Shown here piece by piece: positions 54,492-63,931 of a stretch of 64,000 bases of DNA. The position numbers and the translations under genes are program-made. This DNA comes from an uncultured virus (IMG/VR IMGVR_UViG_3300007961_000161) (taxonomy: Duplodnaviria; Heunggongvirae; Uroviricota; Caudoviricetes): the IMG/VR virus record IMGVR_UViG_3300007961_000161. One strand, given 5' to 3'. Every line of letters begins with the position of its first letter. The first letter of the stretch is position 1. Under the pieces are notes generated by a model that was not told where the DNA came from, did no database searches, and was given only the letters and a program-made list of their open reading frames with translations.

Positions 54492-54719
54492 GTAATCGTA
54501 AAAACTCATAATCTTTTCAGTCAGTTGCCGATGTAGATTTTTCACGATTTGCCTTTCGCTTATCTCAACATTCAAGAGTGTTATGCTTGGCGGGGTGTCG
54601 AACGATTCCTTTCCGGATGTGCTGGGGATGAGCCCCAGACCCAATTCTCAATCGTATGGAATCATCCTGCATTAATGCTGCATTTACGGCAAGCGACATT
54701 TTATTTTGGGTGTCGCTCT

Positions 54720-55121
54720 TTACGCAAAGCCATAATGCCTCGCCAATATGGACAGGCAAGCAAGGAAGATTCCTTTTGCTTCGCTCCGTTCATATCCATC
54801 GGACGATGCCCATTCAGCGATGTTCATGCCCATGCCCAGCACTTTCCATGCCGCCTTTCCACACGGACTGCCCATGCCGCCGAGCCTGTCAATGGCGCGG
54901 AAAACGGACTGCCCGCGCATGATTGCCTGTTCTGTAGGTGAGGATACGGAATTGCTGCCGCCGTTGACTTTTTCATAATCTATGCTGCCGGCGCCGCCGC
55001 ATTTCGCATCTGCGAACTGCTGCTGGAACTTGCGTCCGCCTTCATATTCCGCGGCATCAATATCACCGCGCTTCCTCATCATTGCCAAGACATCAACGTC
55101 ACGCTTCTGTTTCTTCTTCAT
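54720..55121 (-). CDS. Putative late transcriptional regulator (DUF6456-like)
   Basis: GGAGA RBS; C-terminal helical HTH-like region ending LARHYG; upstream of the packaging genes. Confidence 0.55.
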   Translation of the reverse strand: MKKKQKRDVDVLAMMRKRGDIDAAEYEGGRKFQQQFADAKCGGAGSIDYEKVNGGSNSVSSPTEQAIMRGQSVFRAIDRLGGMGSPCGKAAWKVLGMGMNIAEWASSDGYERSEAKGIFLACLSILARHYGFA

Positions 55122-56455
55122 CGTATCTCCGCCTTCACAGCGGCTATCAGCGCCGCCTGAGTCATGTCCTTGTTCTTCAGCGCCGCCATGACTTTTTCGT
55201 CGATCGTGCCCTTGGCGATGATGTGCTGGATTACGACCGTGCTTTTCTGTCCTTGCCGCCATAGCCTCGCGTTCGTCTGTTGGTACAATTCCAGCGACCA
55301 TGTCACGCCGAACCAGACGAGGGTCGAGCCTCCCTGCTGGAGGTTGAGCCCATGTCCAGCCGATGCAGGATGGATACAGGCGACGGGGATGCGGCCGGCG
55401 TTCCAGTCGGAGATATCTGTTGATGTCTTTATCTCACGAACATCGAAGCGCTGCCTGATTCTCTCGATGTCATGTCTGAACCAGTAAGCGACCAGCAGTG
55501 GCTTGCTGTTCATGGATTCGATGATATCCTCCAGCGCGTCCAGCTTGCGATCATGAATCGCGATCACGGCATGCCCGTCATCATAGACCGCACCGTTTGC
55601 CATCTGACCCAGCTTGTTCGTCAGGACGCCGGCGCTCGCGGCCGTCACGTCCCCGTCGGGAAGGGAAAGGACGAGGTCGTTCTTCATCTTCGAATACGCC
55701 GCCTTCTCGTCATGCGACAGGAACACGGGGTATTCGGACATGACAAGCTCCGGCATCTTGAGATGGTCAGCCGCATTCATGGAAATGGTGATGTCAGATA
55801 TCGCCCGGTAGATCGCGTCTTCCGCCCCCGGCAAAGGCCGCCATGAATAGGTGACGTGCCCGTTGCCTCCAGCCGAGGCGAAGTAGATGTCGCGGTACTG
55901 GTGGATGAACCTTCCTAGCCGCTGCCCCATGTCCAGCAGCTTGAACTCCGCCCACAGGTCCATCAGCCCGTTGCTGCTGGGGGTGCCGGTCAGCCCGACG
56001 ATGCGCTTCACGCGGGGGCGCATCGACATCAGCGCCTTGAACCTCTTTGCCGTATGGCTCTTGAATGATGAAAGCTCGTCCACCACGACCATGTCGAAAT
56101 CGAACGGCGCGTTTTCCACCAACCACGGTACGTTTTCTCGGTTGATGATGGTGATGTCTGCATGGGCTTCGACGGCCGCCTTTCTCTCGGCGGGGCTGCC
56201 AACGGCGACGGCGAACGTCAGGTGGGAGAGGTGGTCCCACTTGCCGATTTCGGCGGGCCAGGTGTCCCTCGCCACGCGGAGGGGGGCGATGACCAGGACG
56301 CGGGAGACCTCGAAGCTGTCGAACAACAGGCTGGCGACGGCGGTCAGCGTGATCACCGTTTTCCCAAGTCCCATTTCGAGTATGACCGCCGCCACGGGAT
56401 GCTCCTCGACATAGCCGATGGCGTATTTCTGATATTCATGCGGTGAGAATTTCAT
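55118..56455 (-). CDS. SNF2-family helicase
   Basis: MGLGKT, VVDELSSFK, GLTGTP, SAGHGLNLQ, QTNARLWRQGQ. Confidence 0.95.
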   Translation of the reverse strand: MKFSPHEYQKYAIGYVEEHPVAAVILEMGLGKTVITLTAVASLLFDSFEVSRVLVIAPLRVARDTWPAEIGKWDHLSHLTFAVAVGSPAERKAAVEAHADITIINRENVPWLVENAPFDFDMVVVDELSSFKSHTAKRFKALMSMRPRVKRIVGLTGTPSSNGLMDLWAEFKLLDMGQRLGRFIHQYRDIYFASAGGNGHVTYSWRPLPGAEDAIYRAISDITISMNAADHLKMPELVMSEYPVFLSHDEKAAYSKMKNDLVLSLPDGDVTAASAGVLTNKLGQMANGAVYDDGHAVIAIHDRKLDALEDIIESMNSKPLLVAYWFRHDIERIRQRFDVREIKTSTDISDWNAGRIPVACIHPASAGHGLNLQQGGSTLVWFGVTWSLELYQQTNARLWRQGQKSTVVIQHIIAKGTIDEKVMAALKNKDMTQAALIAAVKAEIR

Positions 56456-56702
56456 CTATCTGCTCCTTGCCATCGATGACCAAAACATTGAATCCAAGCT
56501 GCCGAAGCTCCCCGTGCATCTTCATCTGCAGGGGACGGGGTTTTCTTCCCGGCGCTTTCAATTCGGCGAAGAACATCCTGCCTCCCGGAAGCAGCACGAT
56601 GCGGTCGGGCACTCCGGACGTTCCCGGCGACACGAATTTCAGCGCCATCCCGCCATGCTTTTTCACTGCGGTGCGGAGATGCCTTTCGATGTCTTTTTCC
56701 AT
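56436..56702 (-). CDS. VRR-NUC domain nuclease
   Basis: GVPDRIVLLPGG..FFAELKAPG...RPLQ. Confidence 0.93.
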   Translation of the reverse strand: MEKDIERHLRTAVKKHGGMALKFVSPGTSGVPDRIVLLPGGRMFFAELKAPGRKPRPLQMKMHGELRQLGFNVLVIDGKEQIDEILTA

Positions 56703-56939
56703 TTTTGGCTCCCTTAATCACAGCAACACACAAAACACACGTTTTCCTATTAAATTCCTACGCGCGTATTTCGCGTATGCGCTATGCGCCAATTCCTTCT
56801 TTTTTCTCTCATTTAAATTATAAGGGAAAAGTTTGTGTTTTGTGATTGTATGCTGTTATGCGTTGAGTTCATTGAATATAATCCGTTCACAAACCGAGAG
56901 ATGGATTGTTGCTTTCCTCCCCCGGTTTGTGTCTTGAAA

Positions 56940-59363
56940 TCAGAATGGGATATCCGGGCAGTCACAATCGGAGCCACTGCTGCAATCACAATCTGGGATC
57001 CTGACGTATAGCCGCTGCCTTCCGTAGATGGGGAGCTTGCGGATGATTTTCCTTGACCGCTCCCAGCCATCTATCTGTGCCATTATCGCCCCGATGGCAT
57101 GGCTGTCAGAAGTCCGTAGTTCCGACAGGTTGTTGCCGAAGCACTCGCACCAGATTTCAGGGTTGCAAACGAAGACCCGCCTGACCTTGCCCCTGGGCTG
57201 CACAGGAGAGTCCAAGTCGTCCAGGAATGCCCGGCGGGCAGCAATATCCATGTCGTCCCAGTTATCTGGCAGGAGCCGTTCAAGATATTCTTCCACCATG
57301 CCCACGCGGTCGTCCTGTTCCATTGCTTCCCGCTGGGCGTCCTCGGCAGCTTCGGCAGCTTCCCCTTCTAGGTAGAGGGGCTCACCGGACTTCCATATCT
57401 CCTTGGCTTCCGCCCAGAACTGCGCCCGGTACGCATCATCGAAATCCCAGTCCTTCACGCGCTCCGTCTTGCGGAGCTTCAGCACCCAGAAGCGGCGGTT
57501 CCCTGTGATGTCACGGAGGTATCCGTGCTCTCCGTTGACGGTGGCGATCATGACGCAACTCCTCGGATGGCTCTCGACCACGCGCCCATAGCTGGGGCGG
57601 TACTTGTCATCCTGAGTGGTGATGAAAGCCTTGACCCGCTCGATGTCCGCCTTCTTCATGCCGGCGAGCTCTCCGATTTCCACGACCCAGAATCCCTGCA
57701 GCTTTTCAGCGCCGGTCTTGTCCTCCATATCGGTGAGGGTCAGACTTTCCGAGTAGTATTCTGGGGTGACGAGGTCTCGGACGATGGTGCTCTTGCCGAT
57801 TCCCTGAGCGCCGTCGAGGACGATGATGCTGTCCATCTTACATCCCGGCTCATAGACCCGCTTTACTGCCGCGGCGAATGACTTCCTTGTCGCCTGCCGG
57901 ACATATTCGGTGTCGTCAGCGCCAAGGTGGCGAATGAACAAATCCTCGACACGTTTTTCCCCGTCCCACGGGGGAAGCCCGTTAAGGTAGTCCCTGATGG
58001 GGTGGAACCGCCTGTTTTCGACTACGTTGGACAGGCAGATTTCGTAGTTCCGCTGGGAAAAAACTCCATAGTTGGCGTCGATGAAAGCTGTAAGCTGGCA
58101 TGTGTCGGCATCACGCCAGAAGGAATTTCCATCCGGGCGCGGCCACGGGACTGGACCTGTCACCTGGATGCGCCCGGCAAGCTCATTGAAGGCGAAATTC
58201 CGCAGCCGTGAATCATTGACTAGGATGAGGGTGAGGTTCTGGATGCAGTTCATCAGCATCTGCGACCTCGGTTCCCGCTTCAGCATATCTTGCCAGCTAT
58301 CGTCACCTTCCGGGGCGGGAGCGAAGTCTGCTATGGCTTCAGCCCTGCGTTCCTCAAGAAGCGTCCGATTCACATTGCCATCATCCAGCGCAAGCTGCGC
58401 CATCGCCTTGAAAGACGGCATGTTCTGCGGAGCGGATCCGTCAAGGGTGTCGGCGTCGAGGTCGCGGAACTTATGTAATCGGACGAGGTCAAATGCATTC
58501 AGCAATCTCTCGCAGCATGGGTCGGAACCGTGGTGGGAGTAGGCGAACTTGCCGTCATAGATGACCAGCCCGGCGGATCCCTCGCCCTTGGAATACGTCC
58601 ATCGGTCATCGGATTCGGTCGGCTCATAGACATCGGGGATAAACTCACGGATGGCGTCCTGCACCGTGTACGTCCGGCAGAACGCTCCGATTATGCCGCG
58701 TTTCTGCAGCGGATCTTCTGCCTTCGCCGCCCCGTGCCGATCCATGATGGTCTTTCTGGACGAAAGCGGCCATGTGGAGGCGTCGCGCCAGTCATCATAC
58801 TTGGCGAGGTATTTGTCCGGGTCGAGCATCGGTCCGTCAGTCCTGCCGCAGAGGAATTCGCCGTCCTTGGAAGATGTCGGCCAATGCATAAGGCGGTGCG
58901 GCTCGTAGGTCGTGTCATCGAACAGATCGATGCCGATTTCCCTGGCGACCATGTGCCCCAGGGCGGGATATTCCTCCTTCGTGACCTCCCGCGCCAGCGG
59001 CATGACGAGCCGGTAGCGGGGATGCTCCGGCGTATGTTTATGGGTCGTATGCCAGAAGCAAAGGAACGGCAGCTTTTTAATGACAGCGTTCAGCGTTTCC
59101 GGCTCTGCGTAATCCATGTCCAGTGTGAGCATGGAGCGACAGAGGACACTTTCCCTGTGCCGCTGTCCCTTGGCGAGGTGACCGCCGACGAAGCCTCCCT
59201 TGTCCTTTATCTCCGACTGCTCGGCGCGTGACATTTTGAGATATTCCCCTATGGTCTCGTTCGTGCGGGTCGTCTGCGACAGCATCATGCCAAGATCGTC
59301 GAGGCTGATGTAGCCGTTCTTCCAGACCTTCGAACGCATGGTGTTCGCGGTCGCGTATTTCAT
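56940..59363 (-). CDS. Primase-helicase with VapE/VirE domain
   Basis: LTLDMD, HTPEHPRYR, GAQGIGKST, EIGEL, LRDITGNRRF; start at MKYATA after GGAGG. Confidence 0.92.
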   Translation of the reverse strand: MKYATANTMRSKVWKNGYISLDDLGMMLSQTTRTNETIGEYLKMSRAEQSEIKDKGGFVGGHLAKGQRHRESVLCRSMLTLDMDYAEPETLNAVIKKLPFLCFWHTTHKHTPEHPRYRLVMPLAREVTKEEYPALGHMVAREIGIDLFDDTTYEPHRLMHWPTSSKDGEFLCGRTDGPMLDPDKYLAKYDDWRDASTWPLSSRKTIMDRHGAAKAEDPLQKRGIIGAFCRTYTVQDAIREFIPDVYEPTESDDRWTYSKGEGSAGLVIYDGKFAYSHHGSDPCCERLLNAFDLVRLHKFRDLDADTLDGSAPQNMPSFKAMAQLALDDGNVNRTLLEERRAEAIADFAPAPEGDDSWQDMLKREPRSQMLMNCIQNLTLILVNDSRLRNFAFNELAGRIQVTGPVPWPRPDGNSFWRDADTCQLTAFIDANYGVFSQRNYEICLSNVVENRRFHPIRDYLNGLPPWDGEKRVEDLFIRHLGADDTEYVRQATRKSFAAAVKRVYEPGCKMDSIIVLDGAQGIGKSTIVRDLVTPEYYSESLTLTDMEDKTGAEKLQGFWVVEIGELAGMKKADIERVKAFITTQDDKYRPSYGRVVESHPRSCVMIATVNGEHGYLRDITGNRRFWVLKLRKTERVKDWDFDDAYRAQFWAEAKEIWKSGEPLYLEGEAAEAAEDAQREAMEQDDRVGMVEEYLERLLPDNWDDMDIAARRAFLDDLDSPVQPRGKVRRVFVCNPEIWCECFGNNLSELRTSDSHAIGAIMAQIDGWERSRKIIRKLPIYGRQRLYVRIPDCDCSSGSDCDCPDIPF

Positions 59364-59449
59364 GAAGCCTCCGTGCGGACAGGCGTCCGCTGAATTTTGT
59401 TGGAGGCATGATCGCCTCCACGTACTACCGGGCATTCGGAGTCAGAGAT

Positions 59450-59960
59450 GGCAAAAAAGTTTGTCGGCTTGCGCCGCAGCACATAAATTCGGCAGATATT
59501 CCAGCCGTACATGACAAACGCGAGTTCTGCGTCACGGGTGAAAATCTCACCCCTTGCAGAAAAATGCGCCTCAGATATGCGGAGTTTCCCGATCATTTCC
59601 TATCCGTAACCTTGCGTAATGGCGAACTATAATTTTTCGGCTTTATCGACGTGCGACACAGACATCTGCCCATATGCGAGATGAGCGCCCCGAATGAGAC
59701 ATCTCCGTAGTTCTGCGACACGGCTGGAAATCTCGCTTCTGGCTGGAAATATCGCCGCAGATGTGCGAATCCGCGGTCATTCGCCTTCCGTAACTTTGCG
59801 TTATGACGCACAGTTTTTCAGGCGGCATTTCAAGAAGTACGGCGCAGACTTCTGCGGAGAAGTCAGATGTGCGTCCCGCATGGGAGATTTTCGAGTTCTG
59901 CGGCATGGGTGGAAATCTCGCCTCTCCTGGAATTCCCATGCCACAGATGTTTTCAGCCAT
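59450..59960. repeat. Degenerate ~185-bp tandem repeat (about 2.7 units), apparently non-coding
   Basis: AGTTCTGCGnCAyGGsTGrAAATCTC at 59523, 59709 and 59894; TCCGTAACyTTGCGTwATGrCG at 59603 and 59787. Confidence 0.85.
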
Positions 59961-59965
59961 CGGCA

Positions 59966-61876
59966 TCAGTCCTTGCGGTAGAATTCGGTTTCATAGCCGT
60001 CGGCGCGGAGGAGCAGCCCGTCAGCCCACGGCGGCGTTTCAGCCATGATGCGGCAGACTTCTTCAAGTGAATCGGACATGCCGGCTTCGATGACGAGTTC
60101 ATCATGGATGTGCATCACGATTCGCCTGTCACGGAGCCGCATCATGGCTTCAGCCAACAGGTCGCGGGAAACCGCCTGCACGATGTTCTCCACGAACTTC
60201 GGTCCGTAGGATTCGATTCGCTCCCATTTCTTGGTCATGCCGACACCTTCGTATGTCACGGCTTCGCCGCCGAATCTGTTCTCTCCCATGCGCGGCTTGG
60301 GGTACGAGAGTTTCCTTCCCGACGGCAGCGTGATGAACAGCATCCCGGAACGGCACTCGAAGCCAATTCCCTTGACGGTCGATGACGCCTTCCTTTTGAC
60401 GGCGAGCTTCACGGATTCGTCCACGTCCCACCAGAACTGGACGATGGCAGGGTTGGCGTCCCGCCATGACGAAACCAGCCCCGGCAGTTCATCCTCGTCG
60501 AGCCCCATCTCAATAGCCCCCATCGCTTTCAAGGCGCCTACGGATCCGCCATAGCCAAGCGCCAATTCCGCTATCTTCCCTTTCTGCCGGAGATGCCCGT
60601 TCACGCCGTGTTTCTCGACGGGAACCCCGAACATCTGCGATGCGGAAGCGCAGTAGATGTCAGCACCTCCTGCGAAGGCGTCCATGCGCCATCCCTCCCC
60701 GGCGAGCCATGCAAGCACCCTTGCTTCAATGGCGGAAAAATCCGCCACGATGAGCTTTTTCCCGGGCGGGGCGATGAAGGTCGTGCGGACAAGCTGGGAG
60801 AGGACATCCGGCACATCGCCGTAGAGAAAATCCGTCATCTCATAGTCTCCCGACCGCACAAGCTCACGGGCTTCAGCGAGATCTCTCATGTCGTTCCTGC
60901 GCAGATTCTGCATCTGGATGAGCTTGCCCGACCACCGCCCAGTGCGGGCAGCGCCGTAGAACCGGAACATCCCCCGTGCCCGCCCGTCGGCGCAAACGGC
61001 GTTCTGCATTGCTGCGTATTTCTTCACGGATGACTTCGCCAGCTGCAGCCGCAGGCGTAGTGGCTCCCGCAATTCTTCCGGGGCGGATTTCAGCAGTTCC
61101 GCGACCGCTTTCTTGCCCAGCGTTTCGGCTTCGATTCCGTTTTCCGCAAGCCACTGTTTCATCTGCGCCACGCTGTTCGGATTTTCCAGAGCGGTCAGAT
61201 CTTTCATTTCTGATGTCAGCCTTGATCTGGATATGCCGTCAAAAGCAAGCGCATGGTTCACGAGTTCCATGTCCAGCAGGACACCGCGATCGTTTATTTC
61301 CTGGTCGATGCGGTACTGCTCCCATACCTCATCAGGCACGGGGAATTTGGCAAGTTTCTCCTTTATCTGCATCTCCGCTTCAACATCTCGGCGGTTGTAT
61401 TCCACGAAATCCTTCCATTTCGGATCGCAGAGGTACGTCATCGCCTTGCCGGGGACGCAGTACCGTTTGATGAGATTCTTGCCTTCGGTCAGCTTTTTCT
61501 TCGACAGTCCCAGGACCACTCCCGCTCCCTCAAGGGACTGCGGCAGACCAAGGGTTGCCGCCCATACCATCGAGCATCGCCATTGGGCAGGATCGAGAAA
61601 TGTTCCTGACGGCATGCCGAGCATATGGGAGAGGCAGATCCTCTCGAATGATGCGTTGAATGCCCATTTCCCTATCGACGGGTCGGCAAGGGCAGCGATG
61701 ATGCCGTCAGGGATCGTTTCACCGTGCTCAAGGTCGACGACCTCAACGGATCCCTCGTCAATGGAATAGCCGAAAAGTAGCACCTTGAAGCCGGGAGCCT
61801 CCGCATATCGGTATACCCCAGCTTTCGACAGGTCCGCAGAAGAGAATGTTTCAATATCTATGCTGATTGAATTCAT
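59966..61876 (-). CDS. Phage DNA polymerase, family A
   Basis: IDIETFS exonuclease motif, AFNASFE, RTGRWSG, ADFSAIEARV, KIAELALGYGG, MHIHDE; start at MNSISID. Confidence 0.95.
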   Translation of the reverse strand: MNSISIDIETFSSADLSKAGVYRYAEAPGFKVLLFGYSIDEGSVEVVDLEHGETIPDGIIAALADPSIGKWAFNASFERICLSHMLGMPSGTFLDPAQWRCSMVWAATLGLPQSLEGAGVVLGLSKKKLTEGKNLIKRYCVPGKAMTYLCDPKWKDFVEYNRRDVEAEMQIKEKLAKFPVPDEVWEQYRIDQEINDRGVLLDMELVNHALAFDGISRSRLTSEMKDLTALENPNSVAQMKQWLAENGIEAETLGKKAVAELLKSAPEELREPLRLRLQLAKSSVKKYAAMQNAVCADGRARGMFRFYGAARTGRWSGKLIQMQNLRRNDMRDLAEARELVRSGDYEMTDFLYGDVPDVLSQLVRTTFIAPPGKKLIVADFSAIEARVLAWLAGEGWRMDAFAGGADIYCASASQMFGVPVEKHGVNGHLRQKGKIAELALGYGGSVGALKAMGAIEMGLDEDELPGLVSSWRDANPAIVQFWWDVDESVKLAVKRKASSTVKGIGFECRSGMLFITLPSGRKLSYPKPRMGENRFGGEAVTYEGVGMTKKWERIESYGPKFVENIVQAVSRDLLAEAMMRLRDRRIVMHIHDELVIEAGMSDSLEEVCRIMAETPPWADGLLLRADGYETEFYRKD

Positions 61877-61887
61877 GATCGCCTCAT

Positions 61888-61910
61888 AAAAAAGGGGGCT
61901 TGACGCCCCC
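61888..61910 (-). terminator. Terminator-like hairpin between SSB and polymerase
   Basis: Minus strand GGGGGC-GTCAA-GCCCCC-TTTTTT. Confidence 0.7.
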
Positions 61911-61925
61911 GTATGTGGCCGTGGG

Positions 61926-62486
61926 TCAGCTGAGGAAGTCGTCATCTTCCTCGGAAGCGAAATCCATCGCCGCGCTGGTGCGCCCGCCGAGCGGTTCGCC
62001 ATCGCGGAGCTTCTGGAGATGGTTAAGACCGCAGGCGATGCCCTTGTTTCCGTTGCGGTTGAAGGCGAAGAAGCTGATGCTGGCGCGTCCATAGACGCCG
62101 CTGTACATCTCGCTGCGGTCGAGAATGGGGTTGCAGGCGGCGTCAACGACATCGGGCTTCGCCGTGGCGTTGGCGTTGATGAACCAGCAGCCGGAGTATG
62201 CCTCGTCATCGGGGCGCTCGGCATCGCCATCGCGGAGCGGGGTCTTGATGGAGGACAGGGGCGGCATCGCGCGCCCGTTGCCCTTGAGCTTTGATTCGCC
62301 GTCGCGGTATGCCGCTTCGATGGCGCGGTGGATTTTTTCCACGGTCTTGCCGTCGGACTTTGGAATGATGAGGGAAACGCTGTACTTGGCGTCTCCGCCG
62401 TTGATGGACTTGGGTTCCCAGCAGTTAAGGTAGCTGAAGCGGACGGTGCCGGTGATGACTTTGCGGGGATCGACGTAGTTTGCCAT
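61926..62486 (-). CDS. DUF2815 single-stranded DNA-binding protein
   Basis: VRFSY, KYSVSLIIPK, PLRDGD, YSGVYGRAS, acidic tail EEDDDFLS. Confidence 0.92.
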   Translation of the reverse strand: MANYVDPRKVITGTVRFSYLNCWEPKSINGGDAKYSVSLIIPKSDGKTVEKIHRAIEAAYRDGESKLKGNGRAMPPLSSIKTPLRDGDAERPDDEAYSGCWFINANATAKPDVVDAACNPILDRSEMYSGVYGRASISFFAFNRNGNKGIACGLNHLQKLRDGEPLGGRTSAAMDFASEEDDDFLS

Positions 62487-62487
62487 T

Positions 62488-63612
62488 TTACACCTCTTGG
62501 CTGAAGTCTGATTGTGCGTTGCTGAAAGCCGGACGCTTATCCGTGTCCGGGACCAATGTCGGTTTGCCCTGGGGCTTCACAAGAAGCCCGCCGAGCAGTT
62601 CATCGAACTTTTTCCTTCCGAGCATCTTTTGCATGTCGGTGATGCCCAGGATGGATTTTTCATAGGGGTCGAAGCCCGCTCCGATGACAGCGTCGGCGAC
62701 CGCCTTTTCATCGGAGTATCGCCTGTTGGAACGTCCCTCGACCAGCTTGAAACCTGACCATGCGTGACCTTCAAGGGCGCGTTTCAGGGCATAAGCCTTG
62801 ACGTCGCCGGCCCAGGATTCGAGATTGTCCAGCATGGGGAGGATGGCTTCGATTTCGTGATCCTCCAGTTCCGCCGGAGGTGCGAAGTCATACCTCGCCA
62901 GCTTCAAGTTTTCTTCAGCGCGGGCGCGGCACAGCGTTTTCGCCTTGCAGAAGCGGCACCAGTCGCCGGGCTTGAACCCGCCTTCGCCCTTGTATGCGGC
63001 TTCCGCCGCGGGGCGGAGTTCAAGGTCGCCCCAGAGCAGGAGATCGGCGGTCGACATCTCGCATGAGCGGAATCCGCCGCGCCTCGGCTGAAAAATGACC
63101 ATCCTGACTCTGTCGAAGTCGTACAGCCAGTCTAGGGCGTCCATCGCGCCGAGCGCATAAATCCTAAGCTGGGGATTGCCTTCCGCCTCGACGGGGACTC
63201 CCGAGCCGTACTTGAAGTCGGCGACCGTGAGCAGCCCGTCCGCGCCGATGACGGCGTCGGCGGTTCCGAATCCTTCCGGCAGCCAACGAGACAGGTTGAG
63301 CCTCACTTCGGGGTAGCAGAACGCTCCCGGCGACGCCGCCTTCGCTTCGGCAAGGAACTCCATCGCCATCAGCGCCCACGAATCAGTCGCCTCCTCCATT
63401 TCGGCGTCGAGGAACTGCATCCCTCCGCGGGGATCGGGCATCGCCATGCCCATCGCCTTACGGACCTTGAACTCGGCGAGCGCATGAGCCTCGGTTCCCT
63501 GAGCGGCGCACTCGCCGGCTTCATCGGGCAGCCCACAGGAGAGTTCCACGGACCGCGGGCAGTTCATCCATCGGTAGGCGCCCGATGGCGAGAGCTTCGC
63601 ATGATCAGCCAT
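62488..63612 (-). CDS. DUF2800 Cas4-like exonuclease
   Basis: HAKLSPSGAYRWMNCP, GFGTAD, DFKYG, NPQLRIYA, WCRFC. Confidence 0.92.
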   Translation of the reverse strand: MADHAKLSPSGAYRWMNCPRSVELSCGLPDEAGECAAQGTEAHALAEFKVRKAMGMAMPDPRGGMQFLDAEMEEATDSWALMAMEFLAEAKAASPGAFCYPEVRLNLSRWLPEGFGTADAVIGADGLLTVADFKYGSGVPVEAEGNPQLRIYALGAMDALDWLYDFDRVRMVIFQPRRGGFRSCEMSTADLLLWGDLELRPAAEAAYKGEGGFKPGDWCRFCKAKTLCRARAEENLKLARYDFAPPAELEDHEIEAILPMLDNLESWAGDVKAYALKRALEGHAWSGFKLVEGRSNRRYSDEKAVADAVIGAGFDPYEKSILGITDMQKMLGRKKFDELLGGLLVKPQGKPTLVPDTDKRPAFSNAQSDFSQEV

Positions 63613-63931
63613 TGAGTGCCTCCGCTTCCTTCATGACCGCAGCTAAATGCTCCTGGGGCAATTCCGAAAGTTTGTTCACGCCGTAGCGGGTGAGGATGTC
63701 CTTGACTGCCTCACGGAATCCCTGGCGAGTTTTGTTGACGAGCAGTCCGCGGACATCTTCAAAGGACGGCTGTTTTTCTTCGGACGGAGTTTCGGTGAAC
63801 GGAACATCTACCGGTTCTTCATCCTCGATCGCACCATGGCACCAGCCACGTTCTGCAAGGTCGATGACATCGGCGAGTGTCTGGAGAGCGTTCCTTGCAT
63901 TATGGATCAGATTGATTTCATCGCTTGTCAT
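63605..63931 (-). CDS. Conserved phage replication-module hypothetical protein
   Basis: SFEDVRGLL...VKDILTRYGVNKLSEL; directly upstream of DUF2800. Confidence 0.75.
   Translation of the reverse strand: MTSDEINLIHNARNALQTLADVIDLAERGWCHGAIEDEEPVDVPFTETPSEEKQPSFEDVRGLLVNKTRQGFREAVKDILTRYGVNKLSELPQEHLAAVMKEAEALNG

Noticed and set aside
54560..54700. tRNA or other ncRNA upstream of cos
   Set aside because: Only a short CTGGGG/CCCCAG hairpin; no cloverleaf or recognisable RNA motif
59450..59960. CRISPR array
   Set aside because: Period ~185 bp, degenerate cores, the intervening sequences are homologous to each other, and no cas operon is present
59593..59981. Short ORFs across the repeat array
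   Set aside because: No clear RBS or family motifs, and the repeat period does not keep frame
61877..62230. N-terminal extension of the polymerase in the ORF track
   Set aside because: Overlaps the SSB gene in another frame; RBS and exonuclease motif place the start at 61876
62488..63612. Cas4 as evidence of CRISPR-Cas
   Set aside because: It is the DUF2800 exonuclease of the phage replication module
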